Source: Eremomyces bilateralis CBS 781.70 (lineage: Eukaryota). Taken from it: a DNA stretch of 33,430 nt. The first letter of the stretch is position 1, and each line of letters opens with the position of its first letter. The notes beneath the pieces were generated by a model. It worked only from the letters and a program-made list of their open reading frames with translations. It was not told the DNA's origin and searched no databases. Positions 24,039 to 33,430 of this stretch are shown here, piece after piece. The stretch lies in NCBI GenBank assembly GCA_010015585.1, contig ML975152.1; one strand, given 5' to 3'. Both the position numbers and the translations under genes were made by a program.

Positions 24039-24771
24039 GTTGACGTACGATCAACATGCCGCAACGAAGGAGTACGTCTGGTACGGATGACCTCGAGAGC
24101 AAGCGTTGAGGTGCGACCAGGATTCCCAGAAGCTTGGGTAGCGAACGTTCAGATCGGGTTGGATTGTTGGAGACACAAGCGAAGGGCGGTTATGGGACGA
24201 GCCGCATTGGATGATGTGGATGTGCTCGAGCCTATCACAACGTTTGGGTGTTGGTGGTGATGATGGATGTAAGGATGGAGTGGAAGGATGAAGGATGGGG
24301 TTGAAAGCTGTGCTGTAGGAGGGTGGAGGGTTGGGAAATGCTGTGAGAGGGTCAAACGGACGAAGGATGGGGAGATATGTAAGAGTTGTACAGAAACGTC
24401 GGAGACATGGAGTCATTAGGTGGTGATTGATGTTATGATGTTGCACCTTTTGCGTTGTTTCACTTCCGATTGCTGTGTTGGCACATGAGAGGGGAGCCTG
24501 AGGCCATGAGGCCATGACGACAACCAAACAAACACGCCAGGTGTAGAATCCTTGAATCAATTGATGAGGCACCAAAATCCGGGGGTGGGGGCTAGGGGGA
24601 GACGCCGATTCAGGGTCTCGCCACACCAAGGTTCTATGTATCGTCGGGGTCGTCGGAAGGCCCAATTTCGGTCCCATGCCAGGATACATTTTTGAATACT
24701 CCGTTCGGAATACGGAATACCGGTATCGTATTATGATAATCGTATTATGATGTGATATCATCTAAGTCTGC

Positions 24772-25779
24772 CTATAGTCCATTGCTTCGCACATATTCAA
24801 GAATCGCCGCCGACACCTCCGCTGGCTTCTCCCATGGGGACCAGTGACCGCTCTCGATCGTCTTCGTCATGAGGTTTGGAAGCAATGGCTTTGTCGACTC
24901 GATCATTTCCAGACGACAAACCTGATCTTGCGTGCAGCCGATAAACAGCGTCGGCTTCGTAATCAGTAAGGTTTCCTGCGCAATCTTTTTCTCCCCCTCT
25001 ACATGCACCCCCTTCACCGATGCCCGATACCAGCACTGCGGCCCGGCGAATCCTGCTTCTTTCATCTGCTTCAGCCAACGCTCCCGTCGCTCCGTTCGCT
25101 CCGGTCCGGCATACGATTTCAACGGGTCCGTCTTGCCGTTGCCGATATACTCCGCCATCGCCCCGTACTTACACCAGTTCACCAGAAGCCAATTCTCGCC
25201 CTGTCCATGCGCCACGCACCAAACGCTTTCGGGATGTTGGTCCAGCAATTCGTGGCCCGTGTCGGAGGCGAACACCTCCCAATAGGCGAACCCAGGATAT
25301 CCGAACGCCTGTTGCGTCATCTCGTTCATCATCTCCATCGAATACGGCTCGCCTGATGGTGGCATGTAGGAGACGTTCACCATGCCCAACCCCGCGCAGT
25401 GCTCCGGTCCGAACAGATACACTCGTTGCGCGAGAAAGCTCCCCCAATCGTGGCCGATGGGGAGGATACTGTTGGGACCGGACACGCCGACGCTCGCCAA
25501 GACCTCCATGATGTCCTGAACCATGAGTTCCGATGCATAGGCGCTTGGATCGGTCGGTTTGGACGTGCCTCCATAGCCAAGGAGGTCGGGAATGACTAGG
25601 CGGTTGGGGAGGGAGAGAAGTTCCTTCGAGATGTCGTCCCAGAGTTCGGCGCTATCGGGCCAACCGTGGCAGAGAAGGATGGCAGGGTGACCGGCATTGG
25701 AGGGAGAGGCTGGAGATGTGTAGAAAGTGTAAGTGAAGCCGCGGGAGACCGTCAGCGTGTGCTTTTCGAGATGATCCAT
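24772..25779 (-). CDS. Soluble epoxide hydrolase-like alpha/beta hydrolase (335 aa, intronless)
   Basis: HGWP oxyanion motif, PDLLGYGGTSKP, nucleophile GHDWG, cap WYRA, acid QDQVC and SGHW catalytic His. Confidence 0.93.
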   Translation of the reverse strand: MDHLEKHTLTVSRGFTYTFYTSPASPSNAGHPAILLCHGWPDSAELWDDISKELLSLPNRLVIPDLLGYGGTSKPTDPSAYASELMVQDIMEVLASVGVSGPNSILPIGHDWGSFLAQRVYLFGPEHCAGLGMVNVSYMPPSGEPYSMEMMNEMTQQAFGYPGFAYWEVFASDTGHELLDQHPESVWCVAHGQGENWLLVNWCKYGAMAEYIGNGKTDPLKSYAGPERTERRERWLKQMKEAGFAGPQCWYRASVKGVHVEGEKKIAQETLLITKPTLFIGCTQDQVCRLEMIESTKPLLPNLMTKTIESGHWSPWEKPAEVSAAILEYVRSNGL

Positions 25780-28700
25780 TGTAGATGGTATATTCTGGAG
25801 TGAGGGGGTTTCAATTGACTTGATATCAAGCTATATATACTAGGGTGGACGTGTACGGTAGCTCTAACTTCAATTCAAGAGATGTACTTTGCGTGAAAAG
25901 CAATTATGAAGATAGACTGATATTAGATGAGGGGGAGCTCGGTTTAAGAAGAGTTGGAGAAGGGTTAGAAATCAAGGACCTAGCTACGGATGGTTAACGT
26001 AAGACTAAGATACCTACTCACTTGCCCCGTTGTCGGGGTTCGGAGTTTAGATACACCTTGTGGTCCATCTGGACTAGTATGCTCCAAGGTGGGGTGTTTC
26101 ACATGTAGGGGAAGGGCCCGTCAGTATGAATCGGTAAGCTGGATTTGGGGCCGAATCATGTCGAGGATGTCTCAATGGATGACCATTTTAGATATGGCCG
26201 TATTTTGGGAGATGGAAAGATCGTGCAAGGAGAAACGCGGAACAATCGGGAACGGCTCCACAAATCGTGACCAGAAAGTCCGCCGCAACGTCAAATATTT
26301 GTATTGCTGAGGACATCTAGTCAAAGTACCATGAGTATATTGCTGATGGCTCAAGCGGACTGACACCAGAAGACGAAGGCAAGAAGGCTCCCCGTCAGCC
26401 GTACATGTTCGCAAGGGGTGCCTTTCTCTGCTCACCTTTACATACAATCAGTCCGGACAAAGTCGTATGCTGCTCACTGTTCCGATCCTGTGCTGTAATT
26501 CATGGGTGAGTTTTCTCCTCCATGTCATCGCTGACGCTCGAGTTGGAGCTAATCGGCAAGGATCAGGTCTTGAGCCTAGTAGATAGGCTTATTTTAGGCC
26601 TCAATGAACGTCTATCGCTAACTTAAAGACATTGTGAATGTCTAATGCGCTGCCCGATGGGGTATAATAACCGCAGATTGATGGTGCTGACAGAATGTCA
26701 AGCAACGGCCGAATCATCCTCCATGTCGAGATCAGAGATCTCATTGTCTCGAAAGAGGGGATGGCGGGGCTGTGCAAGGCTGTGGAAGCTGCCAAAGTTC
26801 TTCCTTGACCGTAGAAATATTCATAAATATGCCCTGGTGTTTCACAGCAGTCAATCCCGACGGGGTTTCTCCCTCTAACAGGAACTTAGTATGGACTTGG
26901 GTATAGAGTCAAGCGATCAAGCTCTTGAAAGTTGAAACATGCAACAGAACAATGAGATCACCGACTTTGCAGAGGGCGAGGACCAGGCTGTGCAAAGAGC
27001 GACCACTTCTCGATACACGATCCCTCATCAAGCTCTTTCTTCATTCGCTATGGATCTTCGCGGAGGACTACGTAGTATGGTGGTTAGCCCAATCCGCAAA
27101 CGGTAGAGGGTCGGGACTTGGGGCCAAGAGCGATATCAATAGCAGATGCTAAGAATAGCCCACGTATCTATGGCTATACATGCCCAGTAATAATACCGAC
27201 CAGTCTGAGTTTCACGAGCCCGGGGCAATCGGCATGGTCAGACTCGGAACCCCAGCTGAGGCTTGATAATAACAGCATTGATAGTTATCCATACTTACGG
27301 TAATGTTGGCGAGAAGGGGTAATGATTCAGCGAATGGTTTGACCGGATGAGTCCACCACAGCATCGATCTCGCTACCCTCCATCAGCCACTTGCGCCCCC
27401 TCAGAAGTTTCAAGGAATCGGATGCGTCCGCCATATCATTCGTCACAGGTCTCCCAATCACACTCGGGATTTAGGTGCGGCGTAAATATCTGCGGCCAGG
27501 CACCAGAGAGACCAGACACAAAAGGTCAGCCTTCTGTGCCACACTACCCTGATGTGGGAGAGGATGCGACATGACCAATCGAAGCCGAAGGCTCAATTGT
27601 CGTCTTCCGTCCAGGGCCGAGTGAGTCGACATATTGATGATTCTTCAGCTTTGGGATGCCGTAGATGTTCTTCTATTTGGAGTAATTATTCCGATTCAGT
27701 GTCTGAGCAATATTGATCTCACGATCGTTGTTGGCGTCGTCTTCCTCGCGACGACACAGGAGTTTCATGTGTTGTTGATATTTCCACCTCACAGCTGGAG
27801 CAGTTCTTGGTTCATTAGATTCGGCTTGATGCAATTCAGCAGTCACGTGCAGGAGGCATCCCTCCTGCATGTGTTTCTTTTATTGAGGAGGCGTTGATCG
27901 TTCATCGCTCTGATCTTATCCATGAAAGTAATCCATCAGATTTACGCCTCACGAAGAGTCACTCGGTTCGTCTTTGTGTTGAATTCGCCCATGCATGTGG
28001 GATCTACTGGTTCTTCGCCACTTTGAGGCCACTATCCCGTGTGGCTGTTCAGCATACTGCGCCTTCAGTTCCTCCGTCTCCAAGGCTGCCTCGAGCTTTG
28101 CGACCGTCCAACCACCAATAAGCCTTTCTAACTTCCATTGCATGGGAAATTACGCCGTAAACAACGATTATCAGAAAGAACATTGAACGACGATTCTGGT
28201 TCCAACACTCGTCATTAATTACCTTACCAGTCTCGAGTTTAGAGGCTTGTATAGCTTTCGTGGCGCTGAATGCTCAGGGTTCCCCCGTCCAACAGGAACC
28301 AAAGCCATCGCTCAAGGGAGAGCGCTGAAGGGAGAACGCCGCCTCCGGTTCATTACTAGCCACCCGCAAAAGACGATTGAACTGACGGCACCTCTGCTCT
28401 TCCCTCCACTCCACCACACTGCCACCACCACAGCACACCTTGACGTTGCTTCCCTATCGTCACCACATCTTTTCAACTTGTGCGTCCCCTTCTAATCTTC
28501 TACTCTCCTTTTGAGTTCGCTTGGTTGATGTCTTGCAGGTTCATTGTGCAGGAACCCACCTCATTACTTCCACCAGCCGCAAGGTCCTCCGTGAACCGCA
28601 CCAGGTTGTAAGCTGCCAGGCACTTTGCGCGTCAACTGTGGCTTAGGGAACAACATTGTCGACACGAACAACGAAGTCGACAGCCTTGACGCGTTCAACG

Positions 28701-28978
28701 CTCGTGGTCAACAATCGATTCAACTGCGCCGAGAATTTCTAGCTCTCGACCCAATAATTTACCCCGTCCGGACGTCCATGGGCATCGCGTAGTGCAGAGG
28801 CGCGAACAGCTTCCGATTATACTCGATTCCCCTTGAGGAAACGAACCATTGAAACAAAGAAGGCATCCTCTATTCGCGCTCTAGGGCTCAAGCCGAGTAG
28901 CTTTACGTGCGAATGGTTGTGACTCTACTGTAGCTTCAACAGGTTGCCATTATCGCAGACTGTTACTCGGCCCATAAT

Positions 28979-29113
28979 GTGAGTACTTGATGACATTCCA
29001 CTATTCTGCGAGAGCGCCGCTAGTGCTCAATGTATTCGGAATCACAGCACTGGCAACTTCAATATAGTCGTGTTGATGTAGTTGCTTGAATCATAGCTAA
29101 CCCTTCTCCTTAG
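28979..29113 (+). other. Probable 5'-UTR intron of the C2H2 factor gene
   Basis: GTGAGT donor, GCTAAC branch, pyrimidine tract and TAG acceptor 45 nt upstream of the ATG. The upstream in-frame sequence reaches a stop without an ATG. Confidence 0.6.
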
Positions 29114-29158
29114 ATCGCGGGGCTTCTCCAGTGCGGTTTAAATTGCCGACATTTATTC

Positions 29159-31006
29159 ATGGCAGCAACGACGAGAGCAATTACACCAACTCATTCGGGC
29201 CATTTTACATCGACAAGTGCAGCTCCTTCCACACCAGACTCGATCATATCTGCTTCACATTTGCTTTCGAACGAGGCGAAACCAGCCTCCGATCCCCTGA
29301 ACTCGATCACAACCGGTTCTATCTCAACTTCGATTCAATCCACATTATCTCCGAAAACGGCTGGATTTAGTCGATTCTCCCCAATGCCTTTAACAGGCGC
29401 GCCAGCGATGGAGGACGAACATAGACGAGAGCAACAGGCTCAAGAGCGAGCGCGACAGAAAAGTCCCAACGCAAACCTTGAAGGCGTCAATGCTCTCATA
29501 GGACATAATGCGACGAAACCCTCGGATGTGTCGGATTCCGCGACGACTTCAATTGAGCCTCTCATTAAAGTGGCGATAGCTGCAGAGGGCGCTCAAAATG
29601 AGCAGGAGTCGCACCCGACGAACATAGAGGGACTCACAACCACTGCTCCGGCGACAACAGCGGGAGAGGCCATCTCTGTAGAGGCATCCGTCACCGATCC
29701 GGCCCTGGAGACTCCCCAGGGCAAGATCTCTGGAGACATGCTTCCGCCAAGTGCACAGACTGACCACTCTGCTCGCGCACACACATATCCCAGTCCATTC
29801 CCACCAGATTCAGAACAGCGGGGTCCTCCCCGGAATATGTCCCTTCCCGTGGCTGGGTATAATCCGAACAGCCCGAAATCCCCTTCAACCAAACGACACA
29901 AATGCCCCTACTGCTCGACCGACTTTACGCGGCATCACAACCTCAAGTCCCATCTTCTCACTCACAGCCAAGAAAAACCTTACGAATGTAGCACCTGTCA
30001 AGCTCGATTCCGTCGCCTTCATGATCTTAAGCGCCATACGAAACTTCACACGGGAGAGCGACCTCACACATGTCAGCGATGCGGACGCAAATTCGCTCGC
30101 GGGGATGCGCTTGCCCGACACAACAAAGGACCGGGTGGATGCGCAGGACGTCGCACGAGCTTCACAATTTCTGGTGAAGACGACAGCATCATGGAGGGAC
30201 TGGAATATCATCACCAGCAAACTGCCGAGCCGGACGGTATGGACGAAGATGAAGAAGGCGCACCCGACCGTCGCCTTTCCGAATCCGGTCCAAAGCACGT
30301 TCGCGCACCTTCCACGGATGAATTTGGTCGTCTACATCCAGGAAGCAGCTACCCACCTCCACCAAATGCTTTGGTCAGCAATGCTTCAATTTCTCCCGGC
30401 GGAAGCGGCATCTATCCAGCACGCCCACATGACCCCTCTTCCAACGCACGAGATCCTTCTATTCACCCTTCATTCCCACCAGGTCACCAATCATCGGTCT
30501 TCTCCCAAAGCATGATCGACTCTCCAAGACCCCTCTCTCCCGGCCAGGTTGCTGCTTCTCAAACCACGACGTCCACAGATCCGGCGCGAAACAATATGTA
30601 CGCGCGGTCGACCAACGGTAGCCAAGGCTTTCCACCCCCTTCTACCATCGCGGGGCCAAGTAGCGGCAATAAAGCCGCATCCGGACAACACCTTCCTTCG
30701 ATCTCATCCCTCGGCTCCACGTCCGGTCCAACCGACCCACGAATTCTTGCCGCTTCCACCGGTCCAGTGTCGAATCCATCCAGCATGTCAAGTCACGGTG
30801 CGGCGAGCAGTGGGGCCAGCCTTCGTGAGCTGATCGGCGCGACCAGAGACGATGCGGCGGTTCAAGGGATGATGAACGGGAAGATCCAAGAGTTGGAAAC
30901 GCGGATGGCGCGGATGCAGGAGGACTACGAAGGACGGATCAAGGGTCTCACACAAGAGATTGGGGAACTCAAGCGGCAGTTGAGTGAGAGGGATAGAGGT
31001 CGGTGA
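29159..31006 (+). CDS. C2H2 zinc-finger transcription factor, Crz1/Prz1-related paralog (615 aa)
   Basis: Three fingers: CPYC..FTRHHNLKSHLLTH, CSTC..FRRLHDLKRHTKLH and CQRCGRKFARGDALARH..GGC, with a TGERP linker. C-terminal coiled coil. Confidence 0.93.
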   Translation: MAATTRAITPTHSGHFTSTSAAPSTPDSIISASHLLSNEAKPASDPLNSITTGSISTSIQSTLSPKTAGFSRFSPMPLTGAPAMEDEHRREQQAQERARQKSPNANLEGVNALIGHNATKPSDVSDSATTSIEPLIKVAIAAEGAQNEQESHPTNIEGLTTTAPATTAGEAISVEASVTDPALETPQGKISGDMLPPSAQTDHSARAHTYPSPFPPDSEQRGPPRNMSLPVAGYNPNSPKSPSTKRHKCPYCSTDFTRHHNLKSHLLTHSQEKPYECSTCQARFRRLHDLKRHTKLHTGERPHTCQRCGRKFARGDALARHNKGPGGCAGRRTSFTISGEDDSIMEGLEYHHQQTAEPDGMDEDEEGAPDRRLSESGPKHVRAPSTDEFGRLHPGSSYPPPPNALVSNASISPGGSGIYPARPHDPSSNARDPSIHPSFPPGHQSSVFSQSMIDSPRPLSPGQVAASQTTTSTDPARNNMYARSTNGSQGFPPPSTIAGPSSGNKAASGQHLPSISSLGSTSGPTDPRILAASTGPVSNPSSMSSHGAASSGASLRELIGATRDDAAVQGMMNGKIQELETRMARMQEDYEGRIKGLTQEIGELKRQLSERDRGR

Positions 31007-31901
31007 TAGCGTTATTGCACAATATCTTTCCATTTATCCATCTACAGTTACTGGAGTCGGTCGGGACGGTTAAACGGACGAATCAGTACGATCCGGCGTC
31101 ACGAAAGGGTTTCTGGAGAGACTCCATGCACACGGTAGTGGCTCCTGTTAGCGAGTCCCTCACTTTCCTCGAGAGTCGGCTCGCGTTCGACATCTCGAGG
31201 ACATCTTATGACGGAATCCACCATTATGTCGGGCAAAAGCGAGCGGGGTATTGACGGTTGGGTATGGGGATGCTGGGGTTCATTGATCTGCTGCGGGATT
31301 TCTTTTCATTCCATCTCAGTCCAGTGCTCCGCCTCCTAACCCGGGGTTTCAAAATGGGTCTGGCTCAATGTTTAGAGAGTTCCAAGGCGGCGTCTTCGGG
31401 GGGAGACACCGGTGTATTCTCAGTTATCCTACCTTTCCCTATGATAGAGTTCGTTGCGAATCTTTTTCACTCCCAGCTCGAGTTTCGGTTCGGATGATGA
31501 TTGCAATGCTGCCTTCGACTTTGTTTCGTGTGAAAAGGGTGCTTGTAAGTTAAGGGATCCGAAAATATCAGTGAATCGAAGAACATGTCATCAATTTTTC
31601 AAGTCCTCTCGCATACATGTCACTTCCTTTGTCTGAGTGGAATGCATGGTTTTGGTCATCTGGGCTTGGTGTCTTGAAAGACATTCCACGACAGGACCGC
31701 CATTCCGACCCGATGCCCGGAAACGGACATTCAAACCGCGTTAAACGATGACTACTCAACCATTTTCCATATCAATATATGCTGGATGCCAAATCGTCCT
31801 CTCCATCTCCAAACTACCAACTCCGCAGCAACACCAATCAACGTCTCATTACCGATACCTCCTCCACAATTTGCATCAACTGAACGATACAGATCGCCCT
31901 G

Positions 31902-32787
31902 ATGATCGGAAAGGCACCCCACCGTCTGAGCGTCACGAACCGTCACGGCGTCTTCGGGGTTTTCCGCCGCGGGTATATCTATCTCCCACTCTGGACAATT
32001 CTCCCCCGCTTGCTGCAATTGCTCTGTGCCGCCGCTGTCATCGGGTTATGCGCCGCGGTGCTCGGACGAGATGAATACAACTACGTACGTGATCCCCCAA
32101 TCTAATGGAGCCCGTATCCCTCGCAAAGCGAAAGGCGAGAAGCGTCTGTATCGTGCCGTAATTCTGACTGGTCTCGCACTCATAGTTCAACCCCGTGGTG
32201 ATCCCCGGCATCGTCGCGGGAAGCGCGACGCTTCTACTCCTCCTCCCCCCCACGACCTTCGGCTCGCTGCCCTACTTCCGCGGCCGACTGTACGATCCCC
32301 GCGTCGGGCTGCTGGCGGACATGTTCGGCACCGCGCTGTAGCTGGTGACCGTGGCGGTGATCGGCGCGTATGTCTTCCAGTGGATGGAACGGAGGGGCGA
32401 CTACGTGAGCGGGACAGGGAGCTATTACGGAGAATCGGGTGAAGACTACCTATGAAGTGTATGACCGGAGGCGAGGGTTAAGGGTGCGGAGGGATGCGTA
32501 TGAGGGACATGATGGTTTCAAGGAGCAGAATTATATAGTCGCCGCGGCGTGGATTTCCGGCGGTGCTTTGTGAGTTTGGTCTTGGACGTCTGATTTCTGA
32601 AGCAATCGGTCGCTAACCCCCCGACCATAGCGGAGCGTTTTTCCTGACGCTTTTCATCTCTCTGTACTACTATGTCCGGTTCCTCACGACCAGCGCGGCT
32701 AGGAAGGCGTTGGATAAGCCAAGGCTAATCGACGATGAAGTTGGCCCGGCTCCGGGTGTACATGGGATGGAGACAACGCATCTTTAG
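31902..32787 (+). pseudogene. Disrupted 4-TM MARVEL-like membrane protein gene; exons 31902-32084, 32186-32569, 32631-32787
   Basis: RLLQLLCAAAVIGLCA first helix, further hydrophobic helices and intact splice sites. In-frame TAG at 32339-32341 (DMFGTAL*LVT, expected W) and a frameshift near 32440-32450. Confidence 0.65.
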
Positions 32788-33430
32788 CCGGGGGTGAATT
32801 GGGGGTTAGTGGAGAGGATATGATGGGTTGGAGGTGCATAGGGAAATACATCGAACTGATATCATTGTTGCCATAATTGGTTGTAACCATGAGGCCTTCG
32901 GAAGGGAGCTTTAGAACGGAGTTTTAGAACGGAGTTACGGATTACATCGAGCCAATACCGAGAATGTGACGATTGACAGCGACAACCACGATCTACATCT
33001 CCGATATGGTACTCCAGTAGATTTGATGCCAGCAGTAGAGAATGGATTGGATGTAGGAATAGGATACATAATAGTAAAAAGGATACCAAAAAGGATACCA
33101 ATGGCAAGCTTAATCTGGAGTGATTGCGTGTTTTTAAACCGCAGCTACACCAAGAAGGGCTGTGATACACTAGAGATCTTTAATCCAACTCACCCAGATA
33201 ACCACTGATCCTTATGAAAAGCAATTCAAGTTCAAAACATTTATAGAGCATTCCCTTATTGCCTCGTTGTTCCACATGCTACTAGTGTTACTAGAAACAC
33301 GCTAAGAACTACGCGACGCGTCAGGAAGTCGGGATGTAAGTTCGAACCCCTGCCTGTTGGCCAACCACCTACTTGGCCAGTATCACCATCTTCACCACCA
33401 TCACCAAACGCGTAATATCTCAACCACCAT

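Noticed and set aside
24051..24761. 236-aa minus-strand ORF between the epoxide hydrolase and the hypothetical gene
   Set aside because: It overlaps the expected promoter/5'-UTR and has low-complexity composition with no domain features.
27670..28143. Two same-frame minus-strand ORFs separated by three stops, a possible pseudogene
   Set aside because: No recognisable motif; compatible with chance.
32909..33102. Short tandem doublets (TTAGAACGGAGTT x2; AAAAGGATACCA x2)
   Set aside because: Ordinary slippage duplications with no supporting context.
33325..33360. B-box-like GTTCGAACCC suggesting a tRNA or SINE
   Set aside because: No A-box, acceptor stem or cloverleaf could be built.

Overview
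Eukaryotic DNA from a filamentous ascomycete (Pezizomycotina), judged by short GT-AG introns with CTRAC branch sites and a fungal gene set. There are two N-gaps (16308-16784, 21633-21742). Left: sterol 14-alpha-demethylase (CYP51, cyp51B-type intron layout) convergent with a DHA1-type MFS transporter, which is divergently paired with a Zn2Cys6 transcription factor across a promoter containing five phased CGG repeats. Next come a GTPBP1-family GTPase and an intron-containing tRNA-Leu(AAG). About 9 kb of accessory DNA follows: a Tc1/mariner relic, an NLR-like SIR2-NACHT-WD40 gene with near-identical WD repeats, a 5'-truncated Tad1-like LINE with target-site duplication, a copia RNase H relic and a 92-bp tandem duplication. 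Right: a conserved hypothetical protein, an epoxide hydrolase, a Crz1-like C2H2 factor and a MARVEL-like pseudogene. Two candidates stand out. (1) A fungal NLR whose effector is an antiphage-type SIR2 NADase, with a splice-acceptor choice deciding between free SIR2 and the fused receptor. (2) A CYP51-MFS-Zn2Cys6 trio whose CYP51 appears to carry L98H- and M220V-equivalent residues. Exon models were read by hand, and family and residue assignments come from remembered motifs, not database searches.
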